Shown here piece by piece: positions 30,927-41,319 of a stretch of DNA of 64,000 nucleotides. Origin of the DNA: Thermoproteota archaeon (GTDB lineage Archaea > Thermoproteota > Thermoprotei_A > Sulfolobales > NBVN01); the NCBI GenBank assembly GCA_030550455.1, contig JAUQPH010000007.1:5600-69599 (forward strand). The letters are read 5' to 3'. Every line of letters begins with the position of its first letter. The stretch's first letter is position 1. The notes under the pieces were generated by a model that was not told the origin of the DNA, ran no database searches, and saw nothing but the letters and a program-made list of their open reading frames with translations. A program made the translations under genes and the position numbers.

Positions 30927-31730
30927 TCACGGAACTTGATATCCTAAGCCTTTAAGAATCATCCTTACGGCAATAAAGACTAGTACGACAGCGAACCCTC
31001 TCCTAAGAGTCTGCGACCTTGTTCTTCTAGCTATTCTCGCACCTACTTGAGCTCCTATGATGAGCATAGGCACTAAGAGAGCGAGCAGTACCATGTCTAT
31101 GTTTCCAAGAGTGTAGTGGGTTACAGCAGACGACACTGAGGTTAGAGTTATCGCCATAGACGAAGTAGCTACAGCTACGTGCATAGCAGCTCCAAGGTGT
31201 GTTAGCAGTGGGACGTTCACTACTCCTCCACCAACTCCTAGGAGTCCTGAGGCTAGACCCGCTAGAATTCCACCACCAAGTAGTGTAGCATACGTTTTAA
31301 TGCCCCACTGAATAGCCTTATGTAGCTGGCTACTCCCGCTTTTCTCTCTCGTTGAAGCAACTCTAATGGCTACGAGTATGAGGATCGTGCCGAAGATGAT
31401 CCTTAAAGTATCTACGTCAATGTACCTAGTCAGTAGAGCACCGACGTAAGCGGAGACAGAAGCCGTAATCGAGATGAGTAGTCCCGCCCTGTAGGCTATG
31501 TAGCCATACCTAGCATAAGCTATTGTAGCAGATATAGCGTTGAAAAATATGGCGGCAGCTGAAGTCCCCACAGCTATCTTCATGCTGACTCCGGCTATAT
31601 TAAGCAGGGGGACCATTAAAAACCCTCCGCCGAGCCCGAACATAGAGCCTAAAATCCCGGCTAGAAGCCCTATCAGGGGAGCGAGTAGTTCTAGCATAGT
31701 TCTCACATAACACACTGAAAGCAATGGCAA
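30927..31730 (-). CDS. TauE/SafE-family (DUF81) anion exporter
   Basis: Internally duplicated polytopic protein with GLGGGFLMVPLL and GVGGGVVNVPLL. Confidence 0.75.
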   Translation of the reverse strand: MPLLSVCYVRTMLELLAPLIGLLAGILGSMFGLGGGFLMVPLLNIAGVSMKIAVGTSAAAIFFNAISATIAYARYGYIAYRAGLLISITASVSAYVGALLTRYIDVDTLRIIFGTILILVAIRVASTREKSGSSQLHKAIQWGIKTYATLLGGGILAGLASGLLGVGGGVVNVPLLTHLGAAMHVAVATSSMAITLTSVSSAVTHYTLGNIDMVLLALLVPMLIIGAQVGARIARRTRSQTLRRGFAVVLVFIAVRMILKGLGYQVP

Positions 31731-31738
31731 ATAAGCAC

Positions 31739-32962
31739 TTAAACAGAAATAGCGCGCAAGAGGAACTGCACTATTTCCTCACCAAGGAAGTAGGTAACTC
31801 TAGCGTGAGTTGACAGCTCTGAGAGAGCGACTTTAGATAGCTTTGCTAAGTCGATAAGGTCTTCGACTGTTGCCTCACCATGCGTTACTCTAATTACTTC
31901 CGGCGATACTAGCACGAAAACGGGCTCGTGCCCCATGCTCTTCACGATTTCGGTTACGATCCTACTAGCAACTACGTCTACATCCGACTCCGGCTCACCT
32001 AGGTATACAACTAAGCTTCTACCAGGGATCGCTTCAGTTAAAAGCTTGACTGAACTCCAGAGAGCGGACCTGTACTCGAGGTAGCAATCCCGAGGTCCTT
32101 CACCCCAGACTACTCGAGAGAAGTACTCAGCTAAATCTACTAGATCACCTATTTCGCGGACTTTGACAAAGCTTGGGGCAGGACCTAAAGTTCGCGACGT
32201 TAAGGCTACAACAACCTCTGTACCGTACCTGATGAGCACTGCGGCTATCTTTATGAGCTCGTACGCTAAGACGTCCAAAGCGCTGGAGTCTCCCCTTAGG
32301 TATCTTTCAGTAATAGGTACGACGAAGAAGACTCTCCTATAGACCTCTTTCTCGAATAACTTAACGGCGAGCTTTCCAGTTCTCGAAGATGCTTTCCAGT
32401 CTATTCGTTTTAAATCATCCCCAGGTCTGTACTCTTTGTTCATGTAGTACTGCGTTCCGGGACCCGGCTTACCAATACTCTTCATACCTATATCGTAAAA
32501 CGAACCAGTACTGTAGTATGTGCGAACTTCATCTAGCTTAGGTACAGCTCTAATAACTGAGTTCACTCTTAAGTAAGCTCTAAGAGTTATAGCTAAAGCC
32601 CTCAACTTAGCGTAAACGACTACCTCATTAACACTGTGCGTACCCACTCTACACACAACTTCGGCTACTATACTTAACGAATTACGGTCTCTCGCAGTCT
32701 TAACTTTTGAGACCAAGATCCCACTACTCCCACTGAATACCACTTGAGAAACTTCTACGAGTGGAATAATCCAGGACACCATGATTACTGAAACTAGAAA
32801 GGGTTCTCCAGCAACAACCAAATCCTTCTCGATCTCTAAGCGGCTTAACACATTGGCTCTAGGAACGACTCGCTCGATGACTAGTGAAACTAACGTATAT
32901 GCTGCTAAAAAAGCTACTATGTACTTAGCGAGTAAGTTATCGTAAAGTACTGTAAGTAGCAA
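31739..32962 (-). CDS. DUF58-domain protein (MoxR-associated)
   Basis: 407 aa with N-terminal TM helices and the DUF58 signature YRPGDDLKRIDWKASSRTGKLAVKLFEKE. Downstream of MoxR. Confidence 0.7.
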   Translation of the reverse strand: MLLTVLYDNLLAKYIVAFLAAYTLVSLVIERVVPRANVLSRLEIEKDLVVAGEPFLVSVIMVSWIIPLVEVSQVVFSGSSGILVSKVKTARDRNSLSIVAEVVCRVGTHSVNEVVVYAKLRALAITLRAYLRVNSVIRAVPKLDEVRTYYSTGSFYDIGMKSIGKPGPGTQYYMNKEYRPGDDLKRIDWKASSRTGKLAVKLFEKEVYRRVFFVVPITERYLRGDSSALDVLAYELIKIAAVLIRYGTEVVVALTSRTLGPAPSFVKVREIGDLVDLAEYFSRVVWGEGPRDCYLEYRSALWSSVKLLTEAIPGRSLVVYLGEPESDVDVVASRIVTEIVKSMGHEPVFVLVSPEVIRVTHGEATVEDLIDLAKLSKVALSELSTHARVTYFLGEEIVQFLLRAISV

Positions 32963-33039
32963 AAGTCCAAGCAGTAGTAGAACTAGTACGTGGTTAAGAG
33001 ACCTATCGACTCTAAGTGATAGAGTAGCAGATGACGTCC

Positions 33040-33993
33040 CTATGGTCTCGGAACCTCGACTTTACTCATGATCTCTCTTACTAATGCCTCCCTCTTCGCA
33101 AGCCCGTCCGGCAACAGCTCAGGTCTTACCAGTATTCTATGGGGTATCGTATACATGGCAGCTACTTTGACGTCGTCCGGAATAACGTACTTCCTACCTT
33201 CAGCTAGAGCTAGAGCCTTAGATAAGAGAAGTAGCATTGCTACACCCCTAGGGCTAAGCCCGAGCCTGACGGCTCTATGTGTACTGAAAGCTTCAGATAT
33301 CCGTATGACGTACTCAATTACTGAATCATCGACCCATACGTCTTTAAGCTCCCTCCTAGCCTCGAGAACTTCCTCTCTACTCACAACAGGCTTCAAGTTC
33401 TTGAGCTCCTCCTCGATAGCGTCTAAGTCCAACCTCAGCAGCCTTCTTATACCTTCCCGGCTCAAGCCACCCATCGGGAGCTTCATGAGGAATCTATCAA
33501 GCTGGGCTTCAGGCAGAGGGAATACTCCTTCAACCTCAACGGGGTTCATCGTTGCTAGTACAGTAAACGGCGTGGGGAGGGCGAATATGTCACCCTCGAT
33601 AGTCACCTGCTTCTCCTGCATTGCCTCTAAGAGAGCTGACTGAGTTCTCGGAGATGCTCTATTGATCTCGTCAACGAGGACTATGTTAGCATGTATAGGA
33701 CCCAGCAAGACCTTGAAGTCACCGGACTTCTGGTCGTATATCTTCGTCCCTATGATGTCAGCAGGTAGGAGGTCGGGCGTCATCTGGACTCTACTGAACT
33801 TTAGACTCAGTGCTTTAGCTACAGACTTAGCAGTTAGAGTCTTAGCTACTCCGGGGACTCCCTCGATTAGTACGTGTCCACCGGTAATAACGGCGAGAAC
33901 CAGCATCTTTATGTGTTCTTCTCGCTCTATCAAAAAATTGCCGCACACTTCTATAACTTTCTCCACGATGCTGTAGACCTTCGTCATGTCCAA
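33040..33993 (-). CDS. MoxR-family AAA+ ATPase
   Basis: Walker A GVPGVAKT, Walker B and sensor VLVDEINRASPRTQSALLEAMQE, and a length of 317 aa. Confidence 0.9.
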   Translation of the reverse strand: MDMTKVYSIVEKVIEVCGNFLIEREEHIKMLVLAVITGGHVLIEGVPGVAKTLTAKSVAKALSLKFSRVQMTPDLLPADIIGTKIYDQKSGDFKVLLGPIHANIVLVDEINRASPRTQSALLEAMQEKQVTIEGDIFALPTPFTVLATMNPVEVEGVFPLPEAQLDRFLMKLPMGGLSREGIRRLLRLDLDAIEEELKNLKPVVSREEVLEARRELKDVWVDDSVIEYVIRISEAFSTHRAVRLGLSPRGVAMLLLLSKALALAEGRKYVIPDDVKVAAMYTIPHRILVRPELLPDGLAKREALVREIMSKVEVPRP

Positions 33994-34095
33994 CCATCTG
34001 AGTAGGTCGGTAGCTTTCTCAGCTCTATCTCCTAAGAAAAATAAGCTCTAAAAACTTTAAAACTGGGTGTTAAGCTGGCGAAAAGGCTTTTACTG

Positions 34096-35610
34096 ATGAC
34101 CGCACTAATGCTCCTAGTAGTTCCTCAGGTAGTTTCATCGAGTAGGCACCTCGACCAGCCCCCGGACGCCTACCTAAGGCAGGCCCAAGCTCTAGAAACC
34201 CTTCTCTACTTGTTGAGGGCTTGCCCTACTAAGCTTAACTACTCTGTGATGACGTGGGATACCTCTAGCTGGCGCACTCTTCTTAGTGATGTAGTTACGG
34301 AACTCTTTAATACGTCAAAACCTATCGTTCTCGTCGTAGGTGGAGTACACCTAAAGGCACTCGCATTATTAACTAACGGCACCGAAGAAGTTAGACCTAC
34401 CACACTGCAGAAAATAGTTACTTCGTCGGTTTCTAGTTTGCTATCTATGGGAGTACCGTACTCCCTAATTAAAGAGGCCCTGAGTAACCCAACGACCGGT
34501 AGCATCTTAAGACTCTTCGCTTACGCTAGTAGAGCCTCAAGTGCTGAAAAGTGTTTGATGAATTTAACACCTAGGATCATATCCTTCGTGGTGTACGTCG
34601 AAAAAGGTAATACTGCGAGAGCTAGAGCCGTTGCCGAAGACGTTTTAAATTCTGCATCCCTGTTCTTCGGCTCGATCATGGTTTCTATAGTCGAGCGGCT
34701 GCCGGCGGTGTATGTAGCTCGCACACCAGGCTACAGCGATATATCAGAAGAAATTCTCGAAAAACTAATATCCGTGATGAGAGAAAGCAACATTAGCATC
34801 GGAGAAGCTCTAGCTACCTACAGCATAAAAGACTTAATAGACCTCTACGAGAAGTTAGCTAATAACGTAAAGTTGGATATGACTCTACAAGGTAGTGGCA
34901 ATGCTGGCGTCATTGCTACCCCACTCAGCCAAACCTTCTCCGGAGAAATGGGGTTAGATGAAGACGTTCTAAGATACTCACTAATTGCTAACCCGTCTAG
35001 AAATGGTAGCTCTGAGACCACTAAGAGCAGTGGAGAGGTCGAAGTCGTAAGTGAGCAAGAGGTCAATGAGGTCGTAAGTAGGCTGACCTATCGTGTAATG
35101 ACTACAGTACTCGACGTTGTCGATAAGGCCACCTTTCGAGAATACCTGGCTAGGGGTGTGCGGCAAAAAGAGTCAACACCAACCTATACCCCAGTAAACC
35201 AGGATAGGGTGTCGAACTGGGAGTTAGTAGTAGTGGCTCTAGCATTAGCGGCATCAGCTGGTGGTTTCTCTCAGCTTGTATTGCGTAAGAGATACACTGA
35301 GTTAAGTCTTCCTAAGAGAGTGTCAATAAACATAGATAAGGAGGTCTATTTCGTCAACAAGCTCAACCCGACGGTGCGGTTCTTTTGGGACGTAGTGAAA
35401 CGGTTATTAACTAAGGGAGATGTAGAGATATTGCCGTCTGACACTCACCGCGAGATAGTTGAGAAGCTGAGTTCCAGCGTTGACGACGTAACATCGGCTG
35501 CGTTAAGGAAGTTGGGGAAGCTGTACGAAGTCGCTAGGTACTCAAAGAACCCACCCGACGAGGTGTTAATGAAGGATCTCGAGGTTTTAAAGAATCTCCT
35601 GGGGATGTAG
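34096..35610 (+). CDS. Hypothetical membrane-anchored protein with a DUF4129-like C-terminus
   Basis: 504 aa with a signal-like N-terminus, one TM near residue 380, and the C-terminal pattern SDTHREIVEKL...LGKLYEVARYS. Confidence 0.4.
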   Translation: MTALMLLVVPQVVSSSRHLDQPPDAYLRQAQALETLLYLLRACPTKLNYSVMTWDTSSWRTLLSDVVTELFNTSKPIVLVVGGVHLKALALLTNGTEEVRPTTLQKIVTSSVSSLLSMGVPYSLIKEALSNPTTGSILRLFAYASRASSAEKCLMNLTPRIISFVVYVEKGNTARARAVAEDVLNSASLFFGSIMVSIVERLPAVYVARTPGYSDISEEILEKLISVMRESNISIGEALATYSIKDLIDLYEKLANNVKLDMTLQGSGNAGVIATPLSQTFSGEMGLDEDVLRYSLIANPSRNGSSETTKSSGEVEVVSEQEVNEVVSRLTYRVMTTVLDVVDKATFREYLARGVRQKESTPTYTPVNQDRVSNWELVVVALALAASAGGFSQLVLRKRYTELSLPKRVSINIDKEVYFVNKLNPTVRFFWDVVKRLLTKGDVEILPSDTHREIVEKLSSSVDDVTSAALRKLGKLYEVARYSKNPPDEVLMKDLEVLKNLLGM

Positions 35611-35612
35611 AG

Positions 35613-36137
35613 TTGAGTTCGACTCTCCCTAACACAAGTAGCTTTCTCTTCCTGCTACTTTTGTCTCTACCCATAGTCTTCTTACTCACAGCCGTCCTAC
35701 TGGCTCCAGAAGCTCCTCGAACAATCTTAAGAACTGTGGTAGGAGTTCTTGCCGCACTAGGGTGCTACGAGGTTCTACTCTACAGTGCTGGATATACATC
35801 GAGATTAGAGCACGTAATCCCCACCAGGCTCTCCATTAAGAGACCAAGCCTATCGTCACTACTCGAATACATCTCCTTGTTCATGCTTGCGAGCTCTATC
35901 TTCAAGTTGCTTGAAAGCTCTCTCTATACGAGCTACCCAGTAGTTATAGCTCTCTCCTTAGTCGCCACATACTTTACTAGAAGACTGCTAAAGTCTGTTC
36001 TCACTACCTTGAAGCAGAAGTCGTTCGTAGCTTTCGTAGTTAGCGCTGTTTTCGTTACGCAGGTTTCTGACTACGATATCGGGTACCTGCAGACCCTACT
36101 TAGATTTCTAGAAGAGGTGGTACGCAACGCACTCTAG
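35613..36137 (+). CDS. Membrane protein (hypothetical)
   Basis: 174 aa with multiple hydrophobic helices. Begins 3 nt after the previous stop. Confidence 0.4.
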   Translation: MSSTLPNTSSFLFLLLLSLPIVFLLTAVLLAPEAPRTILRTVVGVLAALGCYEVLLYSAGYTSRLEHVIPTRLSIKRPSLSSLLEYISLFMLASSIFKLLESSLYTSYPVVIALSLVATYFTRRLLKSVLTTLKQKSFVAFVVSAVFVTQVSDYDIGYLQTLLRFLEEVVRNAL

Positions 36138-36283
36138 TAGAGCTAGGTACCTTGAAGTAGTGGCTATTACGACGCTGTTTGCAGCAATGTTACTAGCTAT
36201 AGTAGAACGGTACGTGGCTTCAGTCGTAGCCCTACTATGCGGTATGACAGTCCTCTCGTATTTATCTGAGAGGGAGAGCCGCT

Positions 36284-37354
36284 GTGAGAAATAAGTTACT
36301 GCTCGCAGTCGCTCTCTCCATCTTCTTGGTCTTACCGTTAGCAGTAGAGAAGGACATAAGCACGCGAGTACCGTCTGGTGCTTCACCCTTCAATACGGGT
36401 CCCGAGGGTACTTCTGGGCTCGTAAGTGTTTTAATCAATAGTGGGTTTAATGTGACTATCGCAAGGTCTTGGTCTAGTGACTTAAGGAAGCTAAGCCCTT
36501 GTCTAATCGTAGTAGTTTCCCCGGAGCTACCTTACTCTAGTGCGGAACTAAGCGTAATTAGGGAGTTAGTAAATCAAGGGTCTAATATCTTAGTTGCTGA
36601 CGAAGGAACGTACTCGAATGCTATCTTAGAGTACTTGGGTGTGCCAGCTCGGATCTCTGGTAGAGTTCTTACTGTTGGAGGTAGGGCCGTATTTACTAGC
36701 CCTACAAGGTTAGGTAGTACCGAGTTAAACGTAGTCTACGCTTATTCATCCAGCATAGACGTACTGGAATCTGTGGATAGAGCTATCGACATACTAGCTC
36801 AAGTAAATGGAGACGTTTTGGCTATAGCTTATAAAGCACATACCTATAGTGCCGTAGTAGTAAGCGATGGAACCATCCTAACTAACGCTCTGCTTAACCC
36901 TACGAACGTGTTAAACCATAACTACGTCTTTGCTTACTATATCGCTAAAAACATGTGTTCAAGTGGGACGATCCTCGTCGAGGGGTCTAAGTACGAACTA
37001 AGACCGTACCCAGCCCTAGGAGTTGAGGTACCGATCGTCGCATACCTCCACACCCTCAGTAGGGTTCTTAGTGCTACACTAGCGGTACTAGTTGTTTTCT
37101 ACGTGGTACTACCTAAGTTCAAAACTGCTCGTAAAAGTAGGGGAGTTCCGACTTCTCAAGCTCTTGGAAGCTATGAAGTAGCTAGAATCCTCTGTCAGGA
37201 TGTAGAGCTCTCTACTGTTCTCACTAAGGAGTGCGACGTCTTCAAGAAGACTCGTAGAGCTCAGCAGTTCTTAAGTAAAGTCGTTGCCTTAATGAAGAAA
37301 GATAGAGAGCTGGCTAGTAAAGTACTAAAAGCTATAGTTGAGAGAGCCACTTAG
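36284..37354 (+). CDS. DUF4350-like protein (hypothetical, N- and C-terminally anchored)
   Basis: 356 aa with a signal or TM segment, FNTGPEGTSGLVSVLINSGFNV and a late TM helix. The gene context matches MoxR/DUF58/DUF4129 clusters. Confidence 0.4.
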   Translation: MRNKLLLAVALSIFLVLPLAVEKDISTRVPSGASPFNTGPEGTSGLVSVLINSGFNVTIARSWSSDLRKLSPCLIVVVSPELPYSSAELSVIRELVNQGSNILVADEGTYSNAILEYLGVPARISGRVLTVGGRAVFTSPTRLGSTELNVVYAYSSSIDVLESVDRAIDILAQVNGDVLAIAYKAHTYSAVVVSDGTILTNALLNPTNVLNHNYVFAYYIAKNMCSSGTILVEGSKYELRPYPALGVEVPIVAYLHTLSRVLSATLAVLVVFYVVLPKFKTARKSRGVPTSQALGSYEVARILCQDVELSTVLTKECDVFKKTRRAQQFLSKVVALMKKDRELASKVLKAIVERAT

Positions 37355-37367
37355 CACTTTACGTCTT

Positions 37368-39506
37368 CTACCTCAGTAAGACCTCAGTAACGTAGTTGAG
37401 ATCCGGTATCGAATATACCACTATTCTATCCGGAGATACAGCGTAAAGTTCTCTACCTATGTAGACTGCTCTAAACACTCCCTCTACCTCAAGTAGTGAT
37501 AGAAACCTGAGATTGTGTTCTCCATATTCTACTACGGCTAGCCCACTTAGTGGTGGGTAGTAACAGTACGACCACACTGGGAGATAGACTACAGCAAAGT
37601 CTACGTCTACGGTTATCGCTTTATGGTCGCTTAGGACGGGAGACCAAGAGCACTCTATGTGTACTTTCGATAGCTCTCTCATCTCAGTTGGGTTAGAGAC
37701 GTCGAATAGAGATATCTTTAAGTTATTGTCCTCTAAGCCAACACCAAGAAGTTTGTCACTTGAAACTGGGTGTAGGTACTCACTAAACCCAGGGATCTTT
37801 AGGTAGCCGAGTACTACGGGTTTCTTGGGGTTAGATAGATCTATAGCGAAGAGTGGGTCTACCTGTCTGAATGTAACTAAGAAGAGTACGTTCTTTACTA
37901 ACCTAGCTGAGTATATTCTCTCTCCTCTAGCGAGTCCTCTCAAAGACCCGAGTACACTGAAGTTCTCTAAATCAATTACGAATACGTTGTTTACAGGTTC
38001 ATCAACGCTGACCGAGGTAACGTAGTACAGCCTCGGTGGTGTTTTAGTGAGCTTAGCTATCGGTGTGTATGTCTTAGTGCTTACTGCTTTATCGCCTACG
38101 TACTCTACTATCGTGATAGGTTTCCCAGAGGGTTCCTGTACCATCCTGTAAGTGTAGACCCTTAGTGAGCTAGGTGTTACTGTAGTAGCAACTACGAAGT
38201 AGTTCCCCATTTCCTCCATGGAGAACTGGTCTAGAACTACTCCATCAACCTTGAACGAACCCAAGTACTTAATGCTTAACCCAGATAACCCAAAGGCATG
38301 AAATAGTGTTTCTTCATTAAACCTTAGACTGCCGAGTTCGCTGTTAACCTGAGATATCAGCACATCGAAATCTTCGTCACTAATGCTGTTAAGGTACTTG
38401 TGAGCTACTTCGAGGGCTTCAGCGATGTTTCCTGCTGACAGTAGGTCTCTAATTCTGCTAGCTGTGTCTTGAGGTAAGTACTTCACTAAAGAGCTTAAGA
38501 AAGTTTTGTACATCGTGGTGGTAGTAATGTACTTCGAGATCCCGACGTAGAGCCTAGTGGGAGACATATATACCCAGCTTCCAGGACCTGTTAGAAACGA
38601 GTAAGCAGTGTAGTTGAGTCTGGCTACGTCTATAGTTACTATAGTTGTGTAGGTATCGGGTTCTTCATCGATTATAGCAATACTGCTTGGCGATAGTGGC
38701 AGACTGTTTACGAACGGTACGTTCGAAGTCTCGAGCGGGAGTGTAGTTAGTACGTATATAGAGCTATCGCTGTATCTAGCACTCAAGAAGGAACCTGTTG
38801 CTGAGACCTTGAGTACGACTTCGGGGTTAGCAACGTTACTAACGTCTACTACGTATATGGTCGTGTTTGGTGTTCCAGCGGGGGCACCAAGAGGTAGTGG
38901 CTTAGCCTGCGTAAGTAGGGAGACGTAGTCGCGTAGTACTGTACCTACGGATATTACGATGAGTTTTCCTTCTACTAAGAACATTCCAACAACACTAGAG
39001 TTAGCTTCAAAACGGCTCAGCAGTTTTTTCTCTTTAGCGTCTACTATAAACACTGTACTACCTACAGCAACAGTAATAATTCTACCATCGGTTTTAACCA
39101 TATCCGGTTCATCGACTGACTCTACTTGTACGTTAGTCCTAGAGACTCTAGTGTCGGTAGTGGAGGTAGCTACTGGAGCTGCTTTAGGAGTTGGACCAGC
39201 AGCTGCTACCTCTACTGGTGTTCTTAGTCCAAGCCTGACTGCTAGCGTGTAATAACCTGAGGAAATATCTGCGGCGACCTGCCTTAGCTTAACTAGGTTA
39301 TTTAGGTAGTTGAAGAGTTCTAGGTAGCTACTGAAGGTCTTCAAACCCTCGAGTCTAGCTTCTACGTACTCCTTAGGGGACTCAACGACTGCCAGCTGCT
39401 TCGTAGTTGGAGCATGTGTTCTAATTAGAAAGTGTGGCAACGTAGATAGTGAAGCACCTAGTACTACTGCTAAGATCACGAGACCTATGAAAGTAGTTCT
39501 ACTCAC
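37368..39506 (-). CDS. Secreted beta-propeller-domain protein
   Basis: 712 aa with an N-terminal anchor. The motif TNVQVESVDEPDMVKTDG is characteristic of the prokaryotic 'Beta_propel' family. Confidence 0.55.
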   Translation of the reverse strand: MSRTTFIGLVILAVVLGASLSTLPHFLIRTHAPTTKQLAVVESPKEYVEARLEGLKTFSSYLELFNYLNNLVKLRQVAADISSGYYTLAVRLGLRTPVEVAAAGPTPKAAPVATSTTDTRVSRTNVQVESVDEPDMVKTDGRIITVAVGSTVFIVDAKEKKLLSRFEANSSVVGMFLVEGKLIVISVGTVLRDYVSLLTQAKPLPLGAPAGTPNTTIYVVDVSNVANPEVVLKVSATGSFLSARYSDSSIYVLTTLPLETSNVPFVNSLPLSPSSIAIIDEEPDTYTTIVTIDVARLNYTAYSFLTGPGSWVYMSPTRLYVGISKYITTTTMYKTFLSSLVKYLPQDTASRIRDLLSAGNIAEALEVAHKYLNSISDEDFDVLISQVNSELGSLRFNEETLFHAFGLSGLSIKYLGSFKVDGVVLDQFSMEEMGNYFVVATTVTPSSLRVYTYRMVQEPSGKPITIVEYVGDKAVSTKTYTPIAKLTKTPPRLYYVTSVSVDEPVNNVFVIDLENFSVLGSLRGLARGERIYSARLVKNVLFLVTFRQVDPLFAIDLSNPKKPVVLGYLKIPGFSEYLHPVSSDKLLGVGLEDNNLKISLFDVSNPTEMRELSKVHIECSWSPVLSDHKAITVDVDFAVVYLPVWSYCYYPPLSGLAVVEYGEHNLRFLSLLEVEGVFRAVYIGRELYAVSPDRIVVYSIPDLNYVTEVLLR

Positions 39507-39619
39507 GTTTTTACACCTCAGTATTGTTTACTCTCCAGTAGATTTAGCCCAAATGTTTGAACTCCGCCGTTCAAGTAGTTGTACTTTAAGCTCAACTCGA
39601 TAGAACTCGGGGAAACTTA

Positions 39620-40033
39620 GTGAGTAATGATGAACTCAAAGGCGTAGCTCTTAGAATATACTTCCATATTCTATCAGCGAGAGAGCCTCTGGGGATTAGA
39701 GACATAGCTAGAGAGCTGGGGATACCCGTCAGTACGGTACACTACCACATTAAGAAGTTGAAGGAGCTTGGCTTCATTAGAGAGTTTCCAGAAGGTTATA
39801 GTGTGTCTAAGAGGATCAAGGTAGAGGGCTTCATCTACTTAGGTGGAAGACTAGTTCCCAGACTAGCGATCTACTCAGCTTTTTTCGCGGGTATCGCAGT
39901 TGGTTTACTCAGTGTTTCACTAATCTTTTGGGATATCAATATAGATAGACTGATCGCAGTAATCTCGGCCACGATATCTTCAGTTCTCACAGCATTTGAG
40001 GCGCATATCGTTAGAAAGAACTTGTTTTCCTAG
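39620..40033 (+). CDS. Winged-helix (ArsR-like) regulator with a C-terminal membrane segment
   Basis: 137 aa with LGIRDIARELGIPVSTVHYHIKKLKELGFI followed by two hydrophobic helices. GTG start. Confidence 0.55.
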   Translation: MSNDELKGVALRIYFHILSAREPLGIRDIARELGIPVSTVHYHIKKLKELGFIREFPEGYSVSKRIKVEGFIYLGGRLVPRLAIYSAFFAGIAVGLLSVSLIFWDINIDRLIAVISATISSVLTAFEAHIVRKNLFS

Positions 40034-40112
40034 CTACTACCGCAGACACCCCATCTGCTTTGCCCACCCGTAGGTTGCGTTAAGCCTGTGAGAATTAGCT
40101 GTGTGGGAATTA

Positions 40113-40895
40113 CTACGTAAACCTGTTACTTTCGTTCTTACTAGGTCTAGGTGGTAGGAGGTTGAGTACTTTGAGGACCTCCCTAGATATCTCATTACTT
40201 ACAGCTTCTAGCAGCATCTTTCCTTTCTCAGGAGAGGCGGCAGTTGCCTTCCCCAGTACTGCCTCAGGGTAGAGCGCTTCGTCAATGGCACTAGAAAACA
40301 CTGTGAGGCCTAAGCGTATGCTAGTTTCATGATCCTTAGCTGAACTCATATCGACGTTACTCGGAGTTAAGTACATCATCACGCTTGTTTCGTCTTCTCC
40401 TGCGTGTCCTGGTGACTTAAAGAGTGAGGCTCTAATCTCTTGTGCGACATCTCTCCACCAGTCGACTACGAGTACTGCTTTATCTCTATACTCGTATGCT
40501 ATCTCTCTAGCTACTTCTCTGAGGATATAGCTGTTTCCACCGTGACCATTAACTACTAAAACCAGGGTGTAGCCGTTTCTCAGTATCTCTCTAATAACGC
40601 TTTTTACGTAGCTATAGAAAGCCTGCGGTTCTACGTCGATAGTTCCACTAAACCTTTTCAAGCCTAAGCTAGAACCATACCAAATAGGCGGAAAGACGTG
40701 GGCACCTATTCTTTCAGCAACAAGCAACGCTACAGCTTCTGCCTCAATACCGTCGGTCCCCAATGGAAGGTGATCACCGTGTCTTTCTACCGACCCCACC
40801 GGCAGAATAGCTACAGTCTTAGATTGAGAGTCAAACACTCTCCCGCTCATTAACCAAGCTTTTAAGTTATGAGCAGACATACTTTTTTCACACAC
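40113..40895 (-). CDS. Creatininase-family amidohydrolase
   Basis: Motifs LPVGSVERHGDHLPLGTD and VNGHGGN. Confidence 0.8.
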   Translation of the reverse strand: MCEKSMSAHNLKAWLMSGRVFDSQSKTVAILPVGSVERHGDHLPLGTDGIEAEAVALLVAERIGAHVFPPIWYGSSLGLKRFSGTIDVEPQAFYSYVKSVIREILRNGYTLVLVVNGHGGNSYILREVAREIAYEYRDKAVLVVDWWRDVAQEIRASLFKSPGHAGEDETSVMMYLTPSNVDMSSAKDHETSIRLGLTVFSSAIDEALYPEAVLGKATAASPEKGKMLLEAVSNEISREVLKVLNLLPPRPSKNESNRFT

Positions 40896-41319
40896 TACTC
40901 AAGGTACGCTAAAGTATTAACTGCAGTAGTTGCTTGATTCGGTAAGCAACTACCGACTCAACCACACGGTAAAACAGGACCTACTGCTACTAAAACCCGT
41001 GAGCGCAATATAAAGCACTTCATTTCCACACATTACGCTAGAACAATTCTCGTGGTTGAATTGCTTTAGGAGTTGAGTATTGAGGAGTACTTGAGCATTG
41101 CGAACGTCTTTACTAAAACGTCAAGCCTAGAGGTGTATAGTTAGCAGAGAGAAAAACTTAGGTACTGACGTTAAGTGGGACAAGGAGAGAGCATAGAAGT
41201 TAGAGGATAGAGCAACCACGGGCTAGCGGTAAAGGTGTTGAAGCGAAGTCTACGTAGGTGCCTACTCCTAGATGAGTGTTGAGCAGCCTCCCTAGAGAGA
41301 TAAACGAAAGATGTACTTC

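Noticed and set aside
33068-33976. 191-aa and 104-aa ORFs antisense to the MoxR ATPase gene
   Set aside because: They are embedded in a gene with unambiguous Walker motifs. Their translations are Ser-rich and have no motifs.
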